This document shows positions 11,976 to 24,200 of a stretch of DNA of 64,000 bases, piece by piece. The translations under genes and the position numbers were made by a program. Each line of letters starts with the position of its first letter. Position 1 is the stretch's first letter. Source of the DNA: Eledone cirrhosa (taxonomy: Eukaryota); contig OZ024740.1 in assembly GCA_964016885.1 (NCBI GenBank), positions 204,910,001-204,974,000 on the forward strand, written 5' to 3'. The notes below the pieces were generated by a model. That model saw nothing but the letters and a program-made list of their open reading frames with translations. It did no database searches and had not been told where the DNA came from.

Positions 11976-14900
11976 ACAAATCTCTTGCAATATAGGGTAC
12001 CTCTCTATTACATATTACATAACCAGCTCTGGTATTTTACAGTTATGTAGAGAAAGTATAAGCCTTAGACAAAACAAATTCATGTAAATATATAAAAGCA
12101 CCCAATACACACTGCAAATGTGGTTGGCGTTAAAAAGTGCATCCAGCCACAGCCGCAGAAACCAGCAAAAGTCAGTTCTGTATGAGCAAGTTGTGGTCAT
12201 CTGACCTGGCTTAACTCACAATAGGACAACTCGTCTAACCCATGCTAGCATGGAAAAATGGATGTTAAATGGTGATGATGATGATATATATAAACAAAAC
12301 ATTAAACTGAAGACACATACTTGAAACGAATCTACTTTCAAATGTAATAATTTTGTGATATGATGATTCACTTTTATTTCCCAAGCTGCAATGAAAGTAC
12401 TCAAACCTGTAGTTAGGATGTTGAACTCATTATCATGTGTTCAATTTCCAGAGCAAGACACCTCATTTTGTTGCTCCAGGTCACTTAACAACAAAAAATG
12501 AGTACCAGCTGAACGTTAAATATGTGACAGGTTGGTATCCCTTTTGTGCTTTCACTTGCTTAATGTCAATGAAATTTGTTTAACCCTTTAGCATTTACAT
12601 TACTCTATATATACTATTATAGTTTTGTGGTAAAGGCTTTACCTCACATCACATATTATTGAATCTATGAGATGCTGATATTATTTAATTTGAGAACAAT
12701 ACCTTAACATCAGTATGAACAGCTACTTACAGCCAGTTTGAACAGAAAGAGGTAAGAGAATTCTGGCTGGATATGGCCAGTTTAAATGCTAAACGGTTAC
12801 GCTCCTGGGCTGATGAGTTGCAAGACCTTGGACAGACTATTTTTATTTTTATATAAGAAATGTAGATACTTATAGAATCCAACAGATGATTAATTACTTT
12901 TTAACTTAACATTTTTCTATGTATTTCCTTTCTTCTAGAATATATTTATGATAGGGAATTTTCTAGTATGCCATTCTTCACTCTTTAGCATTTACATTAC
13001 ACTATATTTACTATTGTATGTTCACGATAAACACTTTATTTCACATATTGAATCTATGAGATATTATTTATTTTGAGAACAATACCTTAACATAAGTATG
13101 AGCAGCCGAGAGGCGAGAGAATTCTGGCCGGTTTAATACATTCTTTTACAATACTAACACTACTGATTTCATCATTACTATTTAATATCCATTTTTCCAT
13201 GCTAGCATGGGTTGTCCTGTTTGAGGCAAGTTGGGTCTGGTGACCATGTCTTGCTTATTACAATATAGTAGTTACAGGCAACCTTTTTTACAAAGTGGTT
13301 TCACTTACAATAACATCAACAGTAGATTGTGGTACAAATATTAGGATCCAGGTTTTTTGCCAATCAATCCTATCTGTAACCCTTTTAATACCAACCTAAG
13401 ATTGCCCCTATGAACATGCTCAAACTTAAATTACATTTCTATGATAAATGATAAGATTTCAGTTGGTCAACATAAACAATATATAAGTTTATAGATATTT
13501 TACTAAAACCCCTTTGAAACCTGGATTATATTGAAAATTATTGTTAGGAATATGGCCTCTACCACCATGTCCTAAGGTACATGTAGCAAGTTTTCCACAC
13601 CATTGAGGATAAACTTTATAGTCCAACATTTAGAAGGGGGAGGAGAAACAACACACAACAAAAATGTTTTAACCCTTTAGCATTTAAACTGGCCATATCC
13701 AGCCAGAATTCTCTCCAAACTGGCTGCTTATACTGACGTTAAGGTATTGTTCTCAAATCTCATAGATTTTATATTATGCGAGATAAAGCCTTCACCACAA
13801 AAATACAAGAGTATATATAGAATGTAAATGCTAAAGGGTCACACCCCCACCACCACTAAAGTAAGGGTTAACCTTGTGGGTCTTATATGGGAGTTTTTGA
13901 GGCAATATTTTAGTCCTTCTTAGTGCCAACACTTTTGATACCAACTAGACTGATTCTATAAAATAAAACTACTCTTTTAAAGGATGCCTATTTAAATTAA
14001 ACTCTTGCAACATAATTTTACATAAAACTCCTAAGTTACTATCTTAGTAATGAAATAATAATTTTAGCAAATCTCACACAATACTCCACTGATTAATTGA
14101 AATAGAATGTATTTCATTGAAATACAGACACAAAAGAGTGAAGGAGGAGGAAAAAAGAAAATGAAACTATTTATTAACTGAACATTGGAGTAAATAGATT
14201 TTAGTTCCTGAATTGCTAATTTTAGATGAGTTGTTAAATAATTTTGGGGCTATTTTATTTAGTCCAATCTTTATGAAATCCTGTTTCAACTATTTTGAAT
14301 TTCAATCATCTTCAGCCATTGCTATTTTTAAACCATTAATACTCTGTCAACAAAACAATATAGTTGTATTTAACATCCTGTAATGATTTAGCAGAAAATA
14401 TCTAAAGAATGGGTCTGTTAATTCAAATGTTTATAATCTTTATTATCAGACTTGTTTAAATTAGAATAGATACTTCAATTTTTAACATGATGTAATTATA
14501 TATCATAAAAATAAATGTAGTATAGGTCCATTGTAACAACACACATCTAGTAAAGACATCCAGACTGAATATGTGCACAAAAATAGCAATTTTGTTACAG
14601 TAAAAAATGCTTAGAATAAATATATTCTTTGACCCACCCAAAAAAGAAAGCAGTCAAATAGGTAGAGAGGACCCTTCAGCCATAAGTTGTGCTCGTGCCA
14701 TTTGTTCTCAGTACAGCCTATAAAGTGGCTAGCATAAAGAAGAGTATCCGACGTAAAAACCAAGCCAAAATGGAACTTGAGCAAGACTCAGCCCTCACTA
14801 TACATGAAAACAAATATTTAGTTTTATAGACAACTGAGTGGTTAAGGAGTTCACTTAGCAATCATATGGTTTTAGGTTCAATCCCATTGTGCAAACCTGC

Positions 14901-17333
14901 AATATATGCATGTGCCTGTGGTCCTATAACTTAGCAGTTTGAGAAAAAGATATAGTAACTGTCTACCCATTTTCACTCAAGACTTAGGTTAAACCAAGGC
15001 ACTAGGCACAAGATGCTATGCAATAGAATTGATCGCAAGACCTTCATGACTGGGAAGCAAACTTCTTAACCATTTAACAGTAAAACATGAGCATTACTGG
15101 TGAATGAATGAATCTTTTGTTTTTAAGAATTGAATCAGACTGCTTGCTTAATATTAATCATATTTAACTGGGTAATTGCATTGTGTTGCGTTTTGGGGCT
15201 TATTCAAACTTGTTATATTTTATTAGTAGGTAGGAATGAAAAGAGAAAAATTATATTGTATACTTTTAATACTGTGTGGACAAAAATATCTATTGAAAGA
15301 GCTATGGTCTGAAGGGTTTTTCTGGTGATAGGATTAAGTATTAAGTACACTAAAGTATATGGTACAAATAATCTGGTAGCCACAACTCTACAGAAAACAT
15401 TAAGGGCAATTGTGGCCTAATGCAGTTTGTCTTAGTACCAGTATAATGGGTGGGTAATCTTATTTAACTGGGTATTTGTATTTTCTGTAGTGTAGTTTAA
15501 TTGTATTAACTGTTAGCTATGGCTGCATAAAGAAAAATATGTATACATGTATGCGTTTATATATAAGAACTGCACAATGCAATGCCTGTAGCAAGGTTTA
15601 GGTATATAATCTGTTAGTAGTCAGGCATATTCACTAGGCAGCCACTGCAATAACAAAACTGATCAGTAGTCCTAAATGACCTCAAACAACCTTTAAATTT
15701 AGAATTGGTTGCACAGAAGAAAGCTTTCTGACATTAGCATTAAGTAGATTAAATGTAAATAAAGAACTGAATATATATATAATCCTTTACTGATTCAGCT
15801 AAGAGGAAATCTAGAGAATAACGAACATCTACAGATGCAGGCTGACTGTCAGTTGATTTGGTTAACTAAATCCCATTGTAATTATGGCTCAATCACACAC
15901 CTCACAATGCACATGGTTCCTTTGATTTCCTGATCTAATACTTACATAAAATTCTGAGTACCTGGTTTAACTGTTTCATTATCATACTACTAATGAAAGA
16001 CAGCTCAAGAAAATATTCAAATTTGAAGTGATGTATAACTTTCTCATTAAGTTGGTGTTTGGTATTAAAAGGCTTTGGCATCTGAACATAAAACATTGCC
16101 TTAAAAAAAATTAAACAGTAACCCTTGTGTGTAATGTTCAGCCATTCCATTGATTGAACTAAGAAACTCATGGTCTATTTCATATATCTGGCGGATCAGT
16201 TAAGTTATACATAGAATTTTAAAGATCTATGATGTCATCAACCTCTGGTAGATCTTTAACATCCAATATATATATATATATACGAGGCGATGCAAGAATA
16301 TACATTTTTTTTTTTTTTACTGTTTAGCTAAGTACAGTACCCACATACCTTCTCAGGGCCTCAAAAAATACTAAAATAATCAAATGGCCAGGTGGAATTT
16401 TTACCTTGAAGACATTTAAATTTTTTTTTCGTAACTAATATAATTTGATAGAGTTGTGTTATGGTAAGATATCACATGTTGCTCAAGTCTTGCAAATTTC
16501 TGCCTCTCTAACATGCAACACCTCAGACTGTTGCTTCATGGTCCCAGAATAAAACCGAGGGACAAGCACACAACTAACTTTATATTATATTACAAAGATA
16601 AAAATATGCTTGTGCTGTAAAATCCTTTCTGTGGACCTCATAATTGACATGCCTGCCCTAGTATAAGCAAGGTATATAGAATTAAGATGGAACGTCTCAA
16701 TCACACATGGGTAATAGAGATACAATTCAATTATTAGTTTGCTGTGTAAAAGCCATACTCATATTGCAACCATGTTGGGACACTACCTTGGTTTATCAGA
16801 CAGCTAAGTCTGATACTTATTCATGAAAAAGACATACTATAGCACCTACCAAGGGTACCAGAAAACAATACTTATACAGGTTATAAAATTGCTCAAACCG
16901 TTTCAATTTCTAAAACTATTTGATGTCCTAGCATAACTGCAGAATAATGACATTAATTATTACTAACATGACTAACTCTTAACCAATTGTATGGCTTAAT
17001 CTAATTCCATATCTGCTCAAACTGTACAGTTAAAATGAAATTTCTACAAAGATATCTGACAACTAGTAAAAATACCTTTTAAATAGCTGGTACATTGGTA
17101 ACAGATGGCAGGCTTCACACCTGCCTCACCAGAAAATATAAACTAGATTGATCACCACCAAAATATTCCCAGACTACATATAAACACCTGCAACCACTGG
17201 ACAACAATATTTACTGTCCCAAATTAATAACCAAGACAAATATAGTCAGCTGAAAGAAAAAGGTCAAAAAGAAATCGTCACAATTGTGACATGAAAAACA
17301 AGACATTTTAATTTGTGGTACACATTGAAACCA

Positions 17334-17339
17334 TTTATT
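17334..17339 (-). terminator. distal polyadenylation signal of the prothymosin-like gene (~1.05-kb 3'UTR)
   Basis: AATAAA on - strand followed by GU/U-rich downstream element (tgtcttgtttttcatgt). Confidence 0.5.
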
Positions 17340-18244
17340 CACCATCAGAAAGTATGAAGAAGGATTTGTTTTATTTATTTTTTTTCATTTTTTGAAAGCT
17401 CTTTGCCACATACACAAGCCATTCAATCAATTTGTTTAAAACTTTGTATACAGTCCTTAGTGGCAAGACCAACAAGGGGCTCTCCTCATACTGTGGGGGT
17501 AGGGACGAAACAGAAATCAGGACTCACCATCTCAAGTTTTCAATACTAATGCTAAAAAAGTGACAGTTAAAAATTTATCTTTTTCTTCAATTTCCTGTTT
17601 AACGGGGACCCGATAAAGACTTATCTCGTCTAAACAGTTGCAATAAAAAAAAAAAAAAAAGTTTATCAATGACCCCAACCCAGAGTTAAAACCAGTATTT
17701 TTCTCGGAATTAGCACCTGTAAAAAGCCAGGTATGTGAGAGAGGTCAAGATGGAAGGCTGGTATTAAGGCGACCAACCACAGGTAGCACTGTTAAGGTGT
17801 GCCATCATTACTCAAAGGGATACTACTCTATCCCTAAAATTAAAAGTAACCTACAAGATAGAAAGTGAAGGTGGATGACAAAAATAAAAAATAAAGCAAA
17901 GTCATGATATTGTAAATCTGTAAACAATGAAAAGATAGCAAAAAGCTATGTATCTGTGATGAAAAGGTATGAGAAATAAAATAAGGAAACACTGGCAGGC
18001 AAGCCCCTAATTGCCGTGTCGTATTGGTTGTTGGCAGGGTATGGTTGGAGAAGAGGGAAGATAGAAGCCAACTAAATAATAATGCAAATCTACATGGAAA
18101 AATATATATGTATAGTAAATATATTATTGGTTTCACAACTAACTACTAATACTTAAGTATTGAAAACATCTTGTCAAGACAAAGACAAGGATGGAAGGAA
18201 AGGAAGAAAAAAAAAAAAAAAAAAAAACAATTAACAACTTATAA

Positions 18245-18250
18245 TTTATT
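18245..18250 (-). terminator. proximal polyadenylation signal of the prothymosin-like gene
   Basis: AATAAA on - strand ~130 nt after the stop, followed by a long U-rich tract. Confidence 0.5.
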
Positions 18251-18376
18251 GAGAACTCAAAAAAGATGATAGCAAATGATATGATCATTTATACATCTTA
18301 ATGAAATGCCAACTAAATTAGCCAGAAATGTGCTATAGAAAGTACACTGTTTATAGAGTGTTTATCTGGCCAGAAA

Positions 18377-18492
18377 TCATGACTCTGGGGCTACAGCTTC
18401 CTTTTCTTCAGTTTCTGTTTTTGATTTCTTTGATGGGCTGACATCGTCCCGTATGAAGTCATCTGGGGCTCTTTTGCGCGGGCTGATCACAT
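18377..18492 (-). CDS. coding exon 4 of the prothymosin-like gene (bipartite NLS and stop)
   Basis: cctcctcttcag acceptor, phase 1, D-VISPRKRAPDDFIRDDVSPSKKSKTETEEKEAVAPES then TGA. Confidence 0.88.
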
Positions 18493-20029
18493 CTGAAGAG
18501 GAGGAACAATAAGTCAAATAAACCCCTTAGTAGTAGCGAATGGAAGAAGTCAAGTAAAATAAAAACAATGATATATATATATATGGTGGCGGCAACGTTT
18601 TATTCGTGTTTGTGGCTATGGAGAAAGAGGAGCACACATACCACACACCATGGGTCAAAGGCTGAAAATACACAAAAAAAAAAAAAAAGGGAATATCTTC
18701 TCAAGTAAAACAGTAATAAAAGCAACTTACCATCTTCGTTCTCCTTCTCGTCATTTTCTTTGTTGTTCGTTTCTTCTTTGTTATCATTACAGTCCTCAGC
18801 TCCAGATTCAGATTTGTCGTTCGATTCAGAGTCCTCCGGCTGTTCAGAACTGTTCACTTTGGAGTCTTCCTTCTTGGCATCTTTCTCATCCTTTTTATCC
18901 TTTTTATCCTTTTTATCTTCCGCCTTGCTATCTTTAGCTTTCTTCTCGCTCTCCACCTGAAAACGGGGGTAAAAATTAATATAATCGGCTCATACACAAC
19001 AATAAAATATTTCAACAAATTTAAAAGAAATCAACATAAAAACCAAATCTTACTTCAGGTTTATCATCTACTTTCTTGACAACTGGAGTCTCAACTTCAG
19101 TCTCCTGGTCATTGGTCCTGAATAAAGTAAAATACTATAAAATAAGATCTATTGTCTATAAAAATCCATTCATCGCTAAAACTCTTTTGATGCTCTTAGC
19201 CATTAAAAAAAATCACTACCTACCACAGAAAGCTAGCAACAGATTATAAAAACCATAATTAGCAATCACTAATGAAATATAATAAACGAATTTAAATATC
19301 CGAATTGCAAAATACAGCTTTTGTCAGAAACGGAACCTATTTATTGAATGAGATCAACACTTGTATGTATATGGTTTTATTATAAACAAAAACAAGCCAA
19401 AAGACGAGGAAGAAAGAGACGTGAAAAGAGATTAGTATTTCAATGGTGGTGGCAGCGGTGGGGCAAGATAAAAGTTGCCGGCGAGGAAGGGGGAGTAGTG
19501 TAGAGTTAATGGAAGTAGGAGGCATGTGGTATGGCGGCGGAGGACAGGACCACTGCTTTGTGTAAAATGGAGCCGAGCACCAGTCAATAAAGTCAACGGT
19601 TGACTAAAGCCTTCTTTACACCATTCTATTCCTTTAGCCCTACTATTTTTTTCAAACATTCCCTTCCCTAGTCCTTTACCATTCAACCCCCCTCCCGCGC
19701 AGCTTAGGGAAAAAAGAACTGCTTTCAACATTTCCATCGATTAGGAGAGACGGACGGAGACACCAAGAAAACCGCTTTATTTTCCCTATAAAACCTAATA
19801 AAATGCGCTATGTGGATGACCGGCTTCAAGACCCCCCCTCCCCATTTATATATATTAAAAACCGCCCTGGTTCTATGATATACACTTTAGAATAATGGTC
19901 CATCTAAAATACCAGAATTTCTTCTAATGGCAATATTTTATTATATGATAATGAAAGGGCTAGTGAGATTAAAAAGTCCTCGCTAGAATGAAAGACTAGA
20001 AAGATAGACTCCGTTAAATGGAGCCACGG

Positions 20030-20061
<32 letters not shown>

Positions 20062-21153
20062 TTGGAACCGACCATGCCGTACCGACAAAGAAGAGTCAAC
20101 CTTTCTCACATTTTAAACAAATATTGGATTTTTAAAGAAACCTCTTTCACCGAAAATATTCTTAAGAACAAAATGCTTCAACATTTTTTCTTTATATGAA
20201 CCAGAACAAACAAAAATTATTCAAGATAAGATGAAGGCGATGCAAAAAGAGAAAATGGAAAAAAAATAAATATCGAAAATTATTGAATTTTAGCGATAAA
20301 AAACTTTAATTCAAGACAAAAACTAGAAATTCTATCGCAGTTGAACAAAAGAGCCAGCGACAATAGTAACAATAGAAGACAGGTAATATATACACACGCA
20401 TATGTATACACAATATATACGCACATACATATATAGTTTATATATATATATACACACACAAGTTTCGCAAGATAAACGAGCGGGGAATTTGGATATAAAA
20501 GATAATGGGAATTTTTCTTAAAATGTTAGAACCTCTTCTTTTTTTCGATAAACAAATGATTCGTTTTTTTTTCCTTTCAACCTGGAGGGGTAAAATAAAC
20601 ATTTAATGTGAAAAATTAACATATAGGAAAATATTTGCGGTTTTATCTTTCCTCTTTTGGAGTAATAAAATGAATGAAGAGAATGGTGACGAAAGATATC
20701 TGGAAAATTGATATAAACTGGTTTTAATTAACTAATGCTTTATAAAAATAAAATTCCATTAATATTTTAATATTTTTTTTAAGATAGCAATTTCTGAGGA
20801 TTCTATTGATTTACTTTAATAATTATAAAAATTTAAATATAGCATTACAAAATGTTTATATACAGCACAAAGAGGATATAATTTACGTGGTATTCTGAGA
20901 AAAAAAGATTAGATATAGTAATTTCTTTAAATTCTAGAGATTTGGAAAAATTTAAAGTATATATAACACAAAGGGAGGGCCGTTATTTAAGCGTTAATAG
21001 ATATAAAATTTACATGCCATAGGGAAAATCTGACTAAAGTGAAAAATTTTATGCTGAAAAAAAAGAAAGAAATCGAGATATTATAAGTATTTCATTGAAA
21101 TTTGAAGAAAAAAATCTTAAAAGAATTAATTTTTCTTACTTTGTGTCTGGCAT
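18377..21153 (-). CDS. 4-exon gene for a 139-aa acidic, intrinsically disordered, prothymosin-alpha/parathymosin-like nuclear protein; join(21153-21140,19117-19054,18956-18731,18492-18377)
   Basis: All three introns have GTAAG donors and (Y)nCAG acceptors. Phases 2/0/1 join into one 420-nt ORF: MPDTKTNDQETEVETPVVKKVDDKPEVESEKKAKDSKAEDKKDKKDKKDEKDAKKEDSKVNSSEQPEDSESNDKSESGAEDCNDNKEETNNKENDEKENEDDVISPRKRAPDDFIRDDVSPSKKSKTETEEKEAVAPES*. It has 47 D/E, 30 K/R and no W/Y/H/L. The gene model is well supported; the family assignment is less certain. Confidence 0.85.
18731..18956 (-). CDS. coding exon 3 of the prothymosin-like gene (K/D/E-rich tract)
   Basis: gttttcag acceptor, 226 nt open, GTAAGT donor; corresponds to the N-terminal part of track ORF 18600-18956. 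Confidence 0.9.
19054..19117 (-). CDS. coding exon 2 of the prothymosin-like gene
   Basis: tttattcag acceptor, 64 nt open (K-TNDQETEVETPVVKKVDDKPE), GTAAG donor. Confidence 0.85.
21140..21153 (-). CDS. coding exon 1 of the prothymosin-like gene (MPDT-K)
   Basis: ATG CCA GAC ACA AA followed by GTAAG donor at 21139; phase 2 matches exon 2. Confidence 0.75.
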
Positions 21154-21390
21154 ATTTGTGTTGAGTGTGTGGGTTTCCCTGTGTAAAAATAAGAACGAAC
21201 AGCAAAATGCCGGCGAGATATTTGAAATGCTACTTATCTCACTGAAAGCAGACGATCGACTAGATTTGGCACAGCTTCCCGCCAACCGTAGCTACCCCTT
21301 CCCTCCTCACTTGTCTGCTCTACGTTCATTGGTTGCTATTTTTCACATGCAGGTGGCAGCACCAAACCAACATCGGTCACGTGCACAACT
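21154..21390. promoter_or_regulatory. compact bidirectional promoter and 5'UTRs shared by the prothymosin-like gene and COMMD9
   Basis: 237 bp between divergent ATGs, locally GC/CpG-enriched. Motifs: CDE/CHR-like CGGCGA-gata-TTTGAA 21211-21226, Inr-like TCAGT (-) 21241-21245, E2F-like TTCCCGCC 21276-21283, inverted CCAAT 21328-21332, E-box GTCACGTG 21376-21383. Confidence 0.7.
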
Positions 21391-21438
21391 ATGGCGACCA
21401 CCAATCTACATTTCGAGGACTTGAAAATCTTACTACAG
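21391..21438 (+). CDS. COMMD9: COMM domain-containing protein 9, coding exon 1 (MATTNLHFEDLKILLQ)
   Basis: actATGG start context; resembles the human COMMD9 N-terminus MAALTAEHFAALQSLLK (recalled); phase-0 donor CAG|GTTTCC. Confidence 0.75.
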
Positions 21439-23364
21439 GTTTCCTCGATTATTTTTTTTTCTTCTCTCTCCTAGATCTATCTATATATCTAAAAGATACT
21501 CCATTTTTTACACATCACATATTTTTCCCTTCGCAGTTACTATTTTTTAAATTTCCCTGTTTCAATCAATACAATGTTTTTCCCCCGATTTAACTAACTT
21601 ACGTTCATTCAAACTTTCTAATTAAGGTTTCAATTAATATTTTTTAATCAATAACATTTCTCACTAAATTCCTTTTTAATAAATATTTAAAGAAATAAAA
21701 TTATCAGTACATTTATTTTTTAATATCCATTAACCAAGTAAAATAAGATTCTGTCTTAAATCTGAATCTGTTGTTAAATCTTACCAGGTGTGAGGCAGAT
21801 TAAATTATTTTAAAATACAAATAGAGAAATTATTATTATGATAATTTTAATATTATTATTATTAGAAGTAGTAGATATATAAAATGTGTAACTTTAATGA
21901 GTAAAGTGAAAAGTATAACAAATGTTTTTCATTTACTGTATATCTACGTGACACACCCACCTCTTGTGACCACCGCTGTTAGTTAACTATAACCATATAG
22001 AATTAAATGTATATCAATTCAGTATGGTTAAATTTCATTAATATGAATACCTAAATAATTTATATGAAGAAGAAAACAAATATATTCTGATTTTATAACC
22101 AATTCTTAGTCATCTGGACATTTTGGTGCGTAAAATAAGTTATGCTTAGTCCATGTTCTAGTGTTATTGAGATTCGTTGCGGTGGGTTCGTTAAAACTTG
22201 TTTCAGTGGTACTTTTACCCATCTTTTTAGTAATAAGTAAATAGTTAGAGATTGATAAATACAGAAGTTCAAATTTGCATACCCATGCAGTGAAAAAAAT
22301 TAACATTTCAATCTGGACATAACTAGTTTAGTGTCCTCTCGAAAGTGAAAGTTACGACACGAAGGTGGGGATGATAATACTTACATTATTGTATACTTCT
22401 GTTCATTAATACTTTTATTACTGAATACTTTCTACTTGTGATAGGACAAACTTTTTTCTTCATCCCTTTAAAGTTTATAATGATAATGAATAACCTCATA
22501 CTTTCTTCAGGAACTTTATGTATTTTGACAACTCTGAATCACAAAAAATATAATTATTTAAAAAAAACTTCTATCTGCACAATCGTAAATTACACATTAA
22601 GAAAGTTACGATGAGAGAGAATCGGATAGTGTGAAACACTAAACTGTAATTATGCTGCAAACATGATAGTAAATGATGTTATCGATTCCATTAATTAACT
22701 TAATAATATGTTTGAAAGTAACCCTAACAACTAATAGATCCAGAACAGCTATAGATCTGCCAAATAAGTAGCTGAACATGCTTTTATTATTGTTTACACC
22801 GAACAGCCTATTGTAGGAACATGTGCAGCAAAAACTGTTTAACGTATCCTATACAAACTTTGATATTAGCAAATAAAAATACTAATTTATTCCAATCAAT
22901 CTATCTTATGTTTGGGCTTAATATTCTTGATGTAATTTCCCCCAAATAATAATTTAAGATATTAATATGTATATCGAAGTTACTTTTATGAAAGTTTATG
23001 CTATGTGTATTTTAAAACAGGTAAACCTTATCCCTGCATGTCGTAAGAAGCGGCTAAAAGGGTTGGCTTTAGAAAGGGCATCTGGCTGTAAAGCATTGCT
23101 TCATAGAATCTGCAGTACTAACCATTAATTAAGCAGGTGAAGCAGCTAATGTTTGAAGGGATGTTTTGCAACTAATTGTCATGTATAAATGTTGTGTTTA
23201 CACTATAAATTCTGCTATATTGTGAAATATTATTTAAGAGTAACGAGAAATTTCTTTATATAATCTTTAGATCAGTCTTTTCTGTCTTCTTTAGACTCAA
23301 ATGTACAATCTAAATCTGAAGGAAATTCTATGTTACCCACCATTATCCTTAATAGTTTCCTTCT

Positions 23365-23541
23365 ATAGCCTATAATTAGTGGTTTAGCACAGTATCCCTA
23401 CATGACCTTAAATATACACCATAGTCTACAATTAGTGGTATGGTCCAGTTTAGCACAGTATCACTACATGGCCCTAAACCTACACTATAGCCAGCAATTA
23501 GTTGTTTAGGACAGCATTGCTACATGGGCCTAAATCTACAC
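23365..23541. repeat. three degenerate ~56-bp tandem repeats
   Basis: tatagcc..caattagtggtttagcacagtatc.ctacatg.cc.taaa..tacac x3. Confidence 0.7.
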
Positions 23542-23569
23542 CAAAATAATGAGGTTAGTGATCTAAATG

Positions 23570-24200
23570 GGAACCACTGATCAAAATAGAGAAGGAATAC
23601 AATGAGGTTAGACCACTCAGGATAATATCCTCTCAGACAACACCAAAGATCTGACTAAAAGGTGTTTCCAAAAGTTTAAGAATAAATAAAAAGGTTGCAC
23701 AAGGCCATTTCTATACAATGCATATTCTCCAAACCAACAACAAAAAAAAAACAAGTAAAATTGGTACTACATTGATCAACAAATCTAAAATAAAACCATA
23801 CACAAAATTTTAGCTATTCTATCAGTAGCCACAGGAGAAGTTTCAAATGCCATCAGTATCATGAAGGAGAAAGCTCCAGACCCAAATAACGTCACCGTTG
23901 ACCCTATCAGAGATGCTGGTGAACAAATCTTTCAATAACTAGCTGACCTTTTTGCAGTCTGTCTAAAACAAAGAAAATATATGGAATAAATGGAGCAGCA
24001 CCATTACAGTTCTGCTGCACAAACGCCAATGCAGAAGATTGTGTAAATTATGGGCTTATCAGCTTTATAAAAGTTTCACCAGAATCATAATGGATAGAGT
24101 CAACAAAAGCTTTGACCATCAGAACCAGCAGGCTTCAAGAATGACCACCTGTAAACAGATTGAGAAAACTGCAGAGTACGTCAATATATACAGCTTATCT
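23570..24200 (+). pseudogene. highly degraded RTE-like RT fragment
   Basis: EVSNAISIMK-EKAPDPNNVTVDPIRDAGEQI and LYKSFTRII...QQA motifs, many disablements. Confidence 0.55.

Noticed and set aside
18600-18730. Hydrophobic C-terminus of track ORF 18600-18956 (membrane-anchored isoform)
   Set aside because: It is read-through past a strong GTAAGT donor into T-rich intron 3; the spliced exon 4 gives a coherent NLS-bearing end
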